DNA of 64,000 nt from Fibrobacterales bacterium (GTDB lineage Bacteria; Fibrobacterota; Fibrobacteria; Fibrobacterales; JAOPTW01), in the NCBI GenBank assembly GCA_051532055.1, contig JAOPTX010000015.1, forward strand, positions 85,041 to 149,040. The letters are read 5' to 3'. Made by a program: the position numbers and the translations under genes. The notes below the pieces were generated by a model. That model made no database searches. It saw nothing but the letters and a program-made list of their open reading frames with translations, and had not been told where the DNA came from. Each line of letters opens with the position of its first letter. Within the stretch, counting starts at the first letter, position 1. Positions 39,206 through 48,957 of the stretch are shown in pieces.

Positions 39206-40846
39206 TTATTTTTGAGTAATAATTGACTTTTGATAGAACTCAGGAGCTTCAAGACCCATAAGATTGAGCGTTGTTGATGCTAAGTTACCGATGCCTGGTT
39301 TCTCAACAGAAGTGTCGATAGAATAGGCGTCTCCATGCTGGTTATCATAAAAGATACAAGGGACTTGATTTGTCGTGTGCGATGTTTTCGCCACAGGTTT
39401 TCCATCTTTTAATGCTACAGCACCTTTTTTAGTCTGATACATCTCTTCTGCATTGCCATGGTCCGCAGTGATGAGGGCCATACCACCGATTTTATCGATA
39501 ACAGGGAGAAGTCTACCAAGACAAAGGTCAAGAGATTCCATTGCTATACGCGTAGCATGAAGGTTACCTGTATGACCAACCATATCACCATTCGGGTAAT
39601 TTACTCGCGCGTAATCATAAGAACCAGTAGTGAGTTGTTTAATAAGTTCATCAGTAATCTCTGCAGATTTCATCCAAGGGCGTTCATTAAAAAGAACTTT
39701 GTCAGAAGGAATTTCAATGTACTCTTCTTTGGCCGCATCAAATTTTCCTGATTTATTTCCATTCCAAAAGTAGGTTACATGACCATATTTTTGGGTCTCT
39801 GAAATAGCAAGTTGGCTCATGTTAGCTTCAACAACTTGTTGCCCGAGAACATTGTTAATTTCTGGAGGACACACAAGGTAGTTCTGGGGGATATGTGCAT
39901 CACCATCATACTCCATCATTCCTGCATAGAAAACTTTTGGAACTTTTACGCGTTCAAACTGTGAGAAGTTTTCGTCATCAAATGCTTGAGAAATCTCAAT
40001 CGCACGATCACCTCTATAATTGGTGAGCATAACGGCATCATTATCATCAATAGTTCCAACAGGAATTCCATCTTTAGCAATTACAAACTCAGGGAGGTTT
40101 TGATCATCAACATCAAGCTCTTCACGAAGAGTTCCTACGGCTTCAGAAAGTGTACCAAATTGGCGACCTTCTCCACGTACATGAACTTTCCACCCGGCTT
40201 CAACCATATTCCATTCTGCTCCATAACGATCCATGGTCACTTTCATACGGCCACCACCCGATGCAACTTGGATATCAAATTCACCCGATGCATTGAGTTC
40301 GTTCATCCATGCTTCTAAAGGTTCACTGTAATCAAGAGCCGAGCGTGCAGGAACATCTCGACCATCAAGAAGCGCGTGTATTCTCACTGTTTTAACACCT
40401 TGTTCTTTTGCTGCTGCAATCATTGCTTTAAGGTGGTCGATGTGAGAGTGAATATTTCCGTCGGAAAGAAGGCTTATAAAGTGAAGCTTTGAGTCAGCAT
40501 TTTTAACTTGATTCACTGCTTTTTGCCATACATCACCAGAAAACATAGCTCCTGATGCAATCGATTCATTAACCAGTTTTGCACCTTGAGCTACAACTTG
40601 TCCAGCGCCAAGAGCATTATGGCCCACTTCTGAATTACCCATGTCAGTATCGTCAGGAAGACCTACAGATGTACCATGAGCATTGAGTGCAATATTAGGG
40701 TATTTTTTTAGAAGTCCATCAATAACAGGGGTATGTGCTAAATGTATAGCATTGCCTTCATTTTCTTGTCCAAGCCCGTAGCCGTCAAGTACGATTGTTA
40801 CGATTGGGCCATCATAGCCGCCAAAACCTGAAATTTTATTTAACAT
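39206..40846 (-). CDS. gpmI: 2,3-bisphosphoglycerate-independent phosphoglycerate mutase
   Basis: VLDGYG, MGNSEVGH, LDGRD, SETQKYGHVTYF, NGDMVGHTG, TADHGN. Confidence 0.97.
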   Translation of the reverse strand: MLNKISGFGGYDGPIVTIVLDGYGLGQENEGNAIHLAHTPVIDGLLKKYPNIALNAHGTSVGLPDDTDMGNSEVGHNALGAGQVVAQGAKLVNESIASGAMFSGDVWQKAVNQVKNADSKLHFISLLSDGNIHSHIDHLKAMIAAAKEQGVKTVRIHALLDGRDVPARSALDYSEPLEAWMNELNASGEFDIQVASGGGRMKVTMDRYGAEWNMVEAGWKVHVRGEGRQFGTLSEAVGTLREELDVDDQNLPEFVIAKDGIPVGTIDDNDAVMLTNYRGDRAIEISQAFDDENFSQFERVKVPKVFYAGMMEYDGDAHIPQNYLVCPPEINNVLGQQVVEANMSQLAISETQKYGHVTYFWNGNKSGKFDAAKEEYIEIPSDKVLFNERPWMKSAEITDELIKQLTTGSYDYARVNYPNGDMVGHTGNLHATRIAMESLDLCLGRLLPVIDKIGGMALITADHGNAEEMYQTKKGAVALKDGKPVAKTSHTTNQVPCIFYDNQHGDAYSIDTSVEKPGIGNLASTTLNLMGLEAPEFYQKSIITQK

Positions 40847-40861
40847 AGTTCCTCGCTCATG

Positions 40862-42271
40862 TTAGTTCTGCACAAAACGAATACCAGAAGTGTTCGCTGC
40901 AGGAGTTGATTTGATCTGTTTCTTTTTCTTAGGTTGATTTTTGTCTAGCAATCCTAGGTAGTCAATATTCAAGAGTGCGATGCATTCAGGTTGACCGCTA
41001 AATGGCTTGGAATCAAAGGGAATAATTTTTTTAAGTATATATCCATGCTTTCTCCACTTACGAATCTCTTCGGGGATCATGTTAATATCATTAAATACTT
41101 GCACAACTCGTTTCACTTTTTTATCGGCAATAGATCTGAGAATTCCTGAAGGGAGTTGCGCACTCGGTGAATCTATCATGAGTGTTGCTGGTATTTCATT
41201 TTCATCAGGTATAAACCGTTTAAGAAATTCACTGTCGATTTTATCAATGATTATGCTGCCATTCTTTCTTTTCTTAATAGCGCTATTTGCAGTAAATGAT
41301 TCACGCGCCATTTTTTTAATGTCGACACTCCAACATTTTTTATAATCAGCTCCTGCTAAGAATGTCCAGTGTGAGCTTCCAGAAAAAAGGTCGATAAAAT
41401 GTTCTTCACCAGTTTTCTGTGGCTTGAGCATTTCTGCTACTTTTTGATCCATTGAGCTAATAATGCCACGGTTCGATCGGTAAAACTCAAAAGGGTGTAT
41501 TTCTAATTGCTGAGGACCGACTGTTATTGTGTCTCCACCAGAAATTTTCTTGAATTTATAGCCAAGAGGGAGTGGTTCATCAAAAGTACAGGCTTTTCCT
41601 GAACCTGTAATCAAAGCATAACAGCCTGCATAAAAATCAACTTCACGCTCAAGAAATTGGTCAACGGATTTTAAATTTTGAATAGCTCGTTTGGTCGTGT
41701 CGGATACTTGATAAATGACTACTTTACGTTCGTCCGATAGGGTGCGAATTGTAATGGCAGAAATATGATTCTGTAGACTCACTAAATGTGGTTTTGAAAG
41801 TTGAATAATGACAGAATCAAAGAGTTGTTGAGATGCTTCATCAACTTGCTCAAGCCGAGTGAGCTCTTTAGGAATGTCATATTTAAGTTGTGCACCCTTA
41901 CCCGAAACCTTAAGAGTACAGTCGCCACGCCAGCCATTATGTGGCTTAGATTCAATAAGTTTTAGGCATTTCCCTGGTACTTTTTGATCTTTCCAAAATT
42001 CTTTAATCGTTTGGTTTACCAGGTCCGCTGATTCGCTATAGGTATATCCAGAAAGGTATTTCTTACCACCTTCCTGTAAATTTTTGGCCAAAATAGTTTC
42101 AAAAATTGATTTTGATGGTTTGAGAGCAGAAACCTTAACTCCTTCAGCTTTTTGTTGTCGAGTTAATTTAATACGACCACGGCTATTTGTATTTACACGT
42201 TCTGAAGATTGATCAGGTTTATTTGTACGTCCACCTGTTCCTTTTCTAGTATTTTTATTCGATCTCTGCAT
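40862..42271 (-). CDS. RlmD/TrmA-like class I SAM methyltransferase-fold protein, catalytic motifs degenerate
   Basis: GWRG, HPFEFYRSN, IDLFSGS, IDSP, PFDSKPFSGQPE in the order of the RlmD motifs; basic N-terminal extension. Confidence 0.65.
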   Translation of the reverse strand: MQRSNKNTRKGTGGRTNKPDQSSERVNTNSRGRIKLTRQQKAEGVKVSALKPSKSIFETILAKNLQEGGKKYLSGYTYSESADLVNQTIKEFWKDQKVPGKCLKLIESKPHNGWRGDCTLKVSGKGAQLKYDIPKELTRLEQVDEASQQLFDSVIIQLSKPHLVSLQNHISAITIRTLSDERKVVIYQVSDTTKRAIQNLKSVDQFLEREVDFYAGCYALITGSGKACTFDEPLPLGYKFKKISGGDTITVGPQQLEIHPFEFYRSNRGIISSMDQKVAEMLKPQKTGEEHFIDLFSGSSHWTFLAGADYKKCWSVDIKKMARESFTANSAIKKRKNGSIIIDKIDSEFLKRFIPDENEIPATLMIDSPSAQLPSGILRSIADKKVKRVVQVFNDINMIPEEIRKWRKHGYILKKIIPFDSKPFSGQPECIALLNIDYLGLLDKNQPKKKKQIKSTPAANTSGIRFVQN

Positions 42272-42492
42272 GTTCCACCACTGTTAATCGCGGTGAAATG
42301 TAGCAAAATAAGGTGAATTTTAAAGAAAAGACTCATTGAGGGCGAAGGTTGATAGCTGATTGGCAAGATGTGGGAGAATCCTTTAATTATTACACCTCAA
42401 TAGCCTATACATCAAATTTCATAACCTTGTGTAAATGTTAGCTTTAACTATCTTTACCCTCAAAATTTGAATATTTTATCCAAAGAGAGATC

Positions 42493-45123
42493 ATGGCTCA
42501 GTTACCAAAAACCGCACAAGAGATCAGACAGTCATTTTTAGACTTTTTTAAGTCAAAAGAGCACGAATTTGTTCGTTCTGCTCCTGTGGCTCCACAAGAT
42601 GATCCAACACTGATGTTTACTAATGCGGGAATGAACCAGTATAAGTCTATATTTTTGGGTGATAACCCCAAAGGACTCAAAAGAGCAGTTAATTCGCAAA
42701 AGTGTATTCGTGTTTCGGGCAAACATAATGACCTCGAAGAAGTAGGGAAAGACACCTATCATCACACTCTTTTTGAGATGTTGGGGAATTGGTCATTCGG
42801 CGATTATTATAAGAAAGAGGCAATTCAGTGGGCTTGGGAATATCTCACAGAGGTGTTAAAGCTTGAAAAAAAACGAATCTTTGTGTCGGTGTTTGAAACA
42901 GATGATGAGGCTGCTGAGCTGTGGGCATCGGAAACTGATATAGATCCGAATCGAATAATGCGTTTTGGTAAAGAGGATAACTTTTGGGAGATGGGTGAGA
43001 CCGGCCCATGCGGTCCCTGCTCAGAAATCCACTATGATAAGGGTGATATTTCTACACAGGATCAATATTGCAGAGATAAAATTCTTGGAGTGAATGGTGA
43101 GAATGACCGGTTCATTGAGATATGGAATCTTGTATTTATTCAGAGCCAACGTCTTTCAGATGGTTCACTTGAGCCATTAAAGTCAACCCACGTGGATACA
43201 GGAATGGGATTTGAACGTCTTTGTGCCATTCTCCAGGGGGTACACTCAAATTATGATACTGATGTATTTACGCCACTTATTACTGCGATCGCTCAAGAGT
43301 CTGGTGTAGCATATGTGGATGATATGAGTGGTATGCCGCACCGAGTTATTGCGGATCACCTTCGGGCAGTGTCATTTGCTATTGCTGATGGTGTAATGCC
43401 TTCAAATGAAGGGCGTGGCTATGTGATTCGTCGCATTCTAAGACGTGCTTGTAAATATGCCCGCAACCTTGGGGCGAGAAAACCTTTTATGACAAAATTG
43501 GTGCCATCGCTTGTTTCAATTATGGGTGATGCATTTCCTGAAATTTCAGAGCGTCAAGATTTTATTATGCAGGTGATAAAATCTGAAGAAGAGAGTTTTA
43601 TTAAAACTCTTGGAACTGGGCTTGAGCGGTTTGAAAAAATTGTCGCTGAACTTGGAGAAGAAAAAGTTATTCCTGGTGAAAAAATATTTACCCTTTATGA
43701 TACCTATGGCTTTCCAATGGACCTTTCCCGGGTACTTGCTGAAGAGAAGGGACTTGAAGTTGATGAAGCTGGATTTACAACTGCAATGAACATTCAAAAA
43801 GAACGTGCGCGCTCTGCTCAAAAAGAGGGTGTGAATCTCAATACTAATGAGGGATGGGAAGTATTGATCTCTGAATCAGAATTTACTTTTCATGGGTATC
43901 AGAGTGAAAAAATCGAAACGCAAGTAACTAAATACCAGCAAGTGGGTGATGAAATTTACATCATGCTCACTGACTCTCCTTTTTATGCAGAGAGTGGTGG
44001 ACAAGTAGGTGAAGAAGGGCGTATTTATAATGACGATATCGCCTTACATATATTTGATGTCACCAAAATAAACAATAATTGGGTCCATAGAGCAAAAGTT
44101 GTCCATGGAGATTTGTCTAGGTCTGCAATGGAAAAGGCGTTCGTAGCAGAGTCTGATCATTTAAAACGATCTGATACAAAAAGAAACCATACTGCAACAC
44201 ATCTACTTCAAGCTGCGCTTCGTGAAGTGTTAGGGACTCATGTAGAACAGCAAGGTTCACGAGTTGCTCCTGATTCACTTCGTTTCGATTTTTCCCATTT
44301 TAGTGCCGTGTCAACGGAAGAGATCGAAAAGATTGAAGACTTAGTAAATAAAAAAATTCTAGAGAATATTAATGTTACCTGTAATGTCATGAATGTTGAT
44401 GAAGCCAAAGCTGATGGTGCTATGGCACTCTTTGGTGAAAAATATGATGATGATGTTCGAGTTATTAACATTAGTACTTTTTCAAAAGAGCTGTGTGGTG
44501 GTTTTCATACAAGTAATACTGGTGAAATTGGGCTTTTCAAAATTATTTTCGAAACAAGTGTTGCATCAGGTGTTCGTCGTATTGAGGCGGTAACAGGGCG
44601 TAAGGCGGCGAAAGCAGCAGCTCAAAATGCACATATTGTGGACGAGCTTAAATCAATGATTAAATGTAAATCGGAAACAGTGGTAGCACGCGTCTCAGAT
44701 CTTATGGCCTCAAATCGTTCACTTGAAAAAGAGATTCAAACGCTGAAACAACAAGTGGCAGCCCAAGCGAGTGCAGGCCTTGTTGATGCTGCAGAAGAGG
44801 TGAATGGCATCAATCTTCTTATCAAAAAATTAGAAGACGGTGCGGATGTAGCTTCAACGGTTGAAGCTGTAGCTGATAGACTCAAAAATGGTGTAGCGGT
44901 ATTGGCGTCTAAAAAAGATTCAGAAAGTGGCTCACTGGCAGTTGTTGTCTCTAAAGACCTCGTTAAGAAAGTTAAAGCGGGTGACTTGGTTAAAAAGATT
45001 GCTGAAATTGCAGGTGGTCGTGGTGGTGGACGTCCTGATCGTGCTCAAGCTGGCACTAAGACGCCTGAAAAACTTGATGCAGCTCTTGCTCAAGCAAAAG
45101 AGATTGTATTGGCTGCCTTATAA
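42493..45123 (+). CDS. alaS: Alanine--tRNA ligase
   Basis: DPTLMFTNAGM, HHTLFEMLGNWSFGDY, GPCGPCSE, DTGMG, HTATH, ELCGG.H, GGRGGG. Confidence 0.99.
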   Translation: MAQLPKTAQEIRQSFLDFFKSKEHEFVRSAPVAPQDDPTLMFTNAGMNQYKSIFLGDNPKGLKRAVNSQKCIRVSGKHNDLEEVGKDTYHHTLFEMLGNWSFGDYYKKEAIQWAWEYLTEVLKLEKKRIFVSVFETDDEAAELWASETDIDPNRIMRFGKEDNFWEMGETGPCGPCSEIHYDKGDISTQDQYCRDKILGVNGENDRFIEIWNLVFIQSQRLSDGSLEPLKSTHVDTGMGFERLCAILQGVHSNYDTDVFTPLITAIAQESGVAYVDDMSGMPHRVIADHLRAVSFAIADGVMPSNEGRGYVIRRILRRACKYARNLGARKPFMTKLVPSLVSIMGDAFPEISERQDFIMQVIKSEEESFIKTLGTGLERFEKIVAELGEEKVIPGEKIFTLYDTYGFPMDLSRVLAEEKGLEVDEAGFTTAMNIQKERARSAQKEGVNLNTNEGWEVLISESEFTFHGYQSEKIETQVTKYQQVGDEIYIMLTDSPFYAESGGQVGEEGRIYNDDIALHIFDVTKINNNWVHRAKVVHGDLSRSAMEKAFVAESDHLKRSDTKRNHTATHLLQAALREVLGTHVEQQGSRVAPDSLRFDFSHFSAVSTEEIEKIEDLVNKKILENINVTCNVMNVDEAKADGAMALFGEKYDDDVRVINISTFSKELCGGFHTSNTGEIGLFKIIFETSVASGVRRIEAVTGRKAAKAAAQNAHIVDELKSMIKCKSETVVARVSDLMASNRSLEKEIQTLKQQVAAQASAGLVDAAEEVNGINLLIKKLEDGADVASTVEAVADRLKNGVAVLASKKDSESGSLAVVVSKDLVKKVKAGDLVKKIAEIAGGRGGGRPDRAQAGTKTPEKLDAALAQAKEIVLAAL

Positions 45124-45165
45124 TTTGACTCACTAATATCTTATTTATTGAAAATAGATAATATT

Positions 45166-45201
45166 AAAAAAAGCCAGGTCTGATAGTCAGCCTGGCTTTT
45201 T
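45166..45201. terminator. Bidirectional intrinsic terminator after alaS
   Basis: AAAAAGCCAGG...CCTGGCTTTTT between convergent genes. Confidence 0.85.
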
Positions 45202-45227
45202 ATTTTCTTCAGTATTATTTAGGATAA

Positions 45228-47642
45228 TTAGTAATTTGGAATTATTTGAAACCAATCAATACCGTGATCGAGTCCCCAGAGTACTAAGTGTATATTTTGG
45301 GACCCACCATTGATACTAAACGAGCTATTGCCTTCAAGAACAGTCCATACTTCTTGCCCTGAATTAGTAGTGTTGTCATGGTCGGCTTTCCAAGATCCAC
45401 CGATAAAGAGTTGCACTTGAGTTGTGCCTGAAGCCCAAGTTGATTCTCGATATTTAAAGGTATAGCTTCCGCTTTCTAGTACTTCATCATGCCATTCGAC
45501 TGAATCTTTGCTGCCGCCAACGTGATCGCTATCAGCAATGTATGAATATGAACTTTTGTTTGTAGTATACACCTGATGAGAGGCTTCATTGTTCTCTGCT
45601 TCAAAATGATACAGGTTGCGACTCAATTCAGACTCGTTCCCAGAATCATCGTAGGCGGTTACTTGAAATTTATTGTTACTCAATGACGAGACATCTGTTG
45701 TTGGTGTTGTTCCATCATAAATTTCAATACCATTATTATAGAGTTTGTAGCCTGCAATGTCACCCTCAGGAGACACTGCCCATGAGATGGTGATTTCTCC
45801 ATCTTCATTTCCACTACTCGTAATACCCAGAGGGGCTACAGGTGCCACAATATCTTTAAAGGTCGCAGTGACTGTTGCGTCTTCGGTCGTGAGTGTAATT
45901 GATGTTGTTGCCGATGAAGCATTTGCAATAGTTGCAGATCCTGATGCTACGACCCATTGGTCAAATGTATATCCTGCACTTGCTGTAGCGACGACAGGGA
46001 ATGGTGTATTTGATGTGAGAGTAATAGTGCCCGTTGTATCAACGCTTCCTCCTGTTGGGGCTGGGATTGTTAAGGTATAATCTACTGCGATCATGGCAAC
46101 TGCTGCCGTAAGCGCTGTAGTGTCTGAAACAGTAAGTTCTTCATCGGCACAAGTAAAAATGGCATAAATCACCTGTCCTGCATCGGCGTCTGTAAGAGTA
46201 AGGGTGGCATTGGTACCTATTGAGGTGGCGTTGGTGTAGTCTTCTGTTGATTTGAACCATTTAACGGTGGGGGTGAGTGCAGAAGTAGCTGATTCAACAT
46301 CGGTACAAGTAGATGATATCGTAAGTGCTTCACCAGAGGTTGGTGTGCCTAAAATCGTTGATTTTTCAGTAATGGATGGTGCGTCATTAATAGGTGTAAC
46401 GACTATGCTGATTAAAATAGTATCACTTGCTGAGCTGCTTGCTACAACAACACCAAATTGGAGAGTGCCATTGAAATTTTGAGAAGGGGTAATGACAATG
46501 CTAGACTCTGAGTCAGCACTGCTTATTGTTGCAGTAAGGTCATCTGGGATTTCAATTATACTCCATTCCAATGTTTCAGTAGTAGATGTTGATGCAGAGA
46601 AGTCAAGTGAAAGATTGGTGTCTTCAGGGATTGAATCATTATATAGTTCACCTTGGTCTATGACTGGGGTGAATACTGGCTGATCGCTTATTTCAGATGA
46701 TGAGCTGTGCATCATAGTTGAAGATTCATCGCTTACTGTAGTTGATGAACCCATAGTGGCACTTGATGAATAAGCAATCGTTTTATCTATACTCGATGAT
46801 GTTGGAGGGTGGATTGTGTCTGCTGTAGTTTTTGTAAAGGTTAGGGCGATACTTTCCCACAGCGCTTCAACCTCTTCTTCTGCTCCTCGAAGTTTGGAGT
46901 CAAGGAGCTCAAGTGATGATTGGGCGTTGTTAATGTCTGATGCTGGGGCGTTAATTTCAGTTAGGCCAGTGATAGTATTTTGTGCTTCCGTGACTGCTAA
47001 AATATATTGGTCTATGTAGCTATCACTTATAGATTGTAGTTTATTAATAAGTGAGTTAATTCGTTCTTGATAGGCGGTAATAAATATTTCATTCTCTTGA
47101 GACTGTAAAAGTGTCTGATAAGAGATAATGGAGTCAACATATATATTGAGGGAGTCAATGGTTACAACCTCTATAACTTGAGGGGTATTGAGGCCACTTT
47201 CAATTTCCAAATCTAATATGCTTAACGTATTTGTAGTCTCATCGAGAAGTGTTTTGGCTTCTTCTACCGCTTTTTGCGCTGCTGTGACTTCAGCTTCGCT
47301 TGCACCACTCGCTTGGAGCGTCGCAAGCTCAGTTGCTTTATTTTCTAGGTTATCTTCTAGATTGTTTTTGAGGGCTTCCGATTGACGAGAGAACTCTTCT
47401 TTTGTGGATTGTATATTCTCTTCTAAGAGAGTGAGGTTTGTACCAGTAGTAGTTTCTTTTTGACGTTCAAGTAAAAGAATTGAATCTTTTAATTGTTCAA
47501 CAATATCAAGAGTAGGGGTGCTCTCACTAGATGCCGTAGCGTCAAATTCTAGAGGAGCGATTGGCTCACTACATCCTATAGATAATAGAGATACACTAAA
47601 CAGAATTAACGTAAGGAGGCATTTCCTATGATTGCTATACAT
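45228..47642 (-). CDS. Multidomain surface lipoprotein: coiled coil, Ser-rich linker, Ig/cadherin-like, B-repeat-like, FN3-like and CBM-like modules
   Basis: Lipobox SIGC; heptad-rich N-terminal region; PEDT...TPSQNFNG...VTPINDAP; GYTFDQW...VTATF; ISW...AGYKLY...VTAYD.SGNES; FEAE...IDW. Confidence 0.75.
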   Translation of the reverse strand: MYSNHRKCLLTLILFSVSLLSIGCSEPIAPLEFDATASSESTPTLDIVEQLKDSILLLERQKETTTGTNLTLLEENIQSTKEEFSRQSEALKNNLEDNLENKATELATLQASGASEAEVTAAQKAVEEAKTLLDETTNTLSILDLEIESGLNTPQVIEVVTIDSLNIYVDSIISYQTLLQSQENEIFITAYQERINSLINKLQSISDSYIDQYILAVTEAQNTITGLTEINAPASDINNAQSSLELLDSKLRGAEEEVEALWESIALTFTKTTADTIHPPTSSSIDKTIAYSSSATMGSSTTVSDESSTMMHSSSSEISDQPVFTPVIDQGELYNDSIPEDTNLSLDFSASTSTTETLEWSIIEIPDDLTATISSADSESSIVITPSQNFNGTLQFGVVVASSSASDTILISIVVTPINDAPSITEKSTILGTPTSGEALTISSTCTDVESATSALTPTVKWFKSTEDYTNATSIGTNATLTLTDADAGQVIYAIFTCADEELTVSDTTALTAAVAMIAVDYTLTIPAPTGGSVDTTGTITLTSNTPFPVVATASAGYTFDQWVVASGSATIANASSATTSITLTTEDATVTATFKDIVAPVAPLGITSSGNEDGEITISWAVSPEGDIAGYKLYNNGIEIYDGTTPTTDVSSLSNNKFQVTAYDDSGNESELSRNLYHFEAENNEASHQVYTTNKSSYSYIADSDHVGGSKDSVEWHDEVLESGSYTFKYRESTWASGTTQVQLFIGGSWKADHDNTTNSGQEVWTVLEGNSSFSINGGSQNIHLVLWGLDHGIDWFQIIPNY

Positions 47643-48000
47643 CTTACCCTCAATTATTTTTAAACCCAGACTACATTGTGTCTACTGGACACCAATATTA
47701 TATTAATATACCGTTGTTTAAGGAAATATGCAAATTGTTATTTAAACACTTTGGTCTTTTTGTGTTTTTGTTGTTGTGAAAACAATTTTTCTTAGAATAA
47801 TGTGTGCTTTTTCAAAATATGTGTTTTTAAAAAAAAGGGTAATGATTGTGACAGTCTCAAAAAAGCCTGATTTGAGCTTTTTTTGAGACTAAATAATAAT
47901 ATTACAGGACAAATAATGAAATATCCAATCATTTTTCTATCTTAAGCGCCACTATTTTCATAGGGATAGAAGTATCCCCCCACAACCAAAAGGTAAATAG

Positions 48001-48429
48001 ATGAAAACTCAAATCATCAACGATTCAACAGTTGATAGAAAGTGGCTAGTAATAGACGCTGAAAATCTTGTGCTTGGACGTTTAGCGTCAAACGTGGCTA
48101 ACATCCTTAGAGGAAAGAACAAGCCAGAATATTCACCATCAGTAGACTGTGGCGATAATGTTGTTATTATCAATGCATCTAAAGTGACTCTTACTGGTAA
48201 AAAAGCAGAGACAAAAACTTACTTTTCTCACTCGACGTATGCAGGTGGTAGCAAGATTGTTACTTATCGCCAAGCTATGGAGAAAGATGGTATATCTCCA
48301 GTTATTCACGCGGTTAAAGGAATGCTTCCTAAAACCAAACTTGGTAGAAAAATGTTTAAAAAGTTGCATGTATATGCGGGTAACGAACATCCACATACAG
48401 CACAGAAACCTGAACAAGTAACGGTATAA
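48001..48429 (+). CDS. rplM: 50S ribosomal protein L13
   Basis: WLVIDA...LGRLAS...LRGKNKP, DCGD, GMLPK. Confidence 0.99.
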   Translation: MKTQIINDSTVDRKWLVIDAENLVLGRLASNVANILRGKNKPEYSPSVDCGDNVVIINASKVTLTGKKAETKTYFSHSTYAGGSKIVTYRQAMEKDGISPVIHAVKGMLPKTKLGRKMFKKLHVYAGNEHPHTAQKPEQVTV

Positions 48430-48442
48430 GGGAAGATTTATA

Positions 48443-48838
48443 ATGGCTTCAAAAAAATTAATTAGAGCAACCGGCCGTAGAAAAGAATCTGTGGCATCTG
48501 TAATTCTTAGACCGGGAACAGGTAAGAGAATTGTAAACGGTAGAGAGTTTTCTGACTATTTTACTTCAGAAACACAAATGATGGTAGTAGAGCTTCCATT
48601 TTCTGCACTTGAAAACGGTGACAAATGGGATGTAAGTGTTAATGCTAAAGGTGGCGGGATCAACGGACAAGTTGGCGCTACTAAACTTGGTATTGCACGT
48701 GCCCTCGTTAAAATAAATGAAGAAGATAAATCTGCACTACGTGCTAAAGGTCTTCTTACTCGTGATGCGAGAGAAGTTGAACGTAAGAAATACGGTCGTA
48801 AGAAAGCTCGTAAACGCTTCCAGTTCTCTAAACGCTAA
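48443..48838 (+). CDS. rpsI: 30S ribosomal protein S9
   Basis: GRRK, GGG..GQ, ERKKYG..KARKRFQFSKR. Confidence 0.99.
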   Translation: MASKKLIRATGRRKESVASVILRPGTGKRIVNGREFSDYFTSETQMMVVELPFSALENGDKWDVSVNAKGGGINGQVGATKLGIARALVKINEEDKSALRAKGLLTRDAREVERKKYGRKKARKRFQFSKR

Positions 48839-48863
48839 TATAATACAATTAATCAATCAATCA

Positions 48864-48933
48864 CTGTTTGAGTACTTTGGTTGGTTCTGTGGCTCTTTTT
48901 TTGAAGAGTTACAGAACTCAATTTATCAGACAG
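48864..48933 (+). promoter_or_regulatory. Candidate structured rpsB leader (long stem-loop)
   Basis: Inner stem GTTCTGTGGCTCTT/AAGAGTTACAGAAC (48884-48917); outer CTGTTTGA/TCAGACAG; both with G-U pairs. Confidence 0.55.
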
Positions 48934-48957
48934 AACGAATAAACCAAGGAATAAATT

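Noticed and set aside
44491..44508. AlaS editing motif CGGFH instead of CGGTH
   Set aside because: Zinc ligands (HxxxH, C, H) are intact; a single substitution is not enough to claim altered editing
2106..45201. Shared AAAAGCCAGG/CCTGGCTTTT stems after ftsZ and alaS as a REP family
   Set aside because: Only two copies, with different loops, both in ordinary terminator positions
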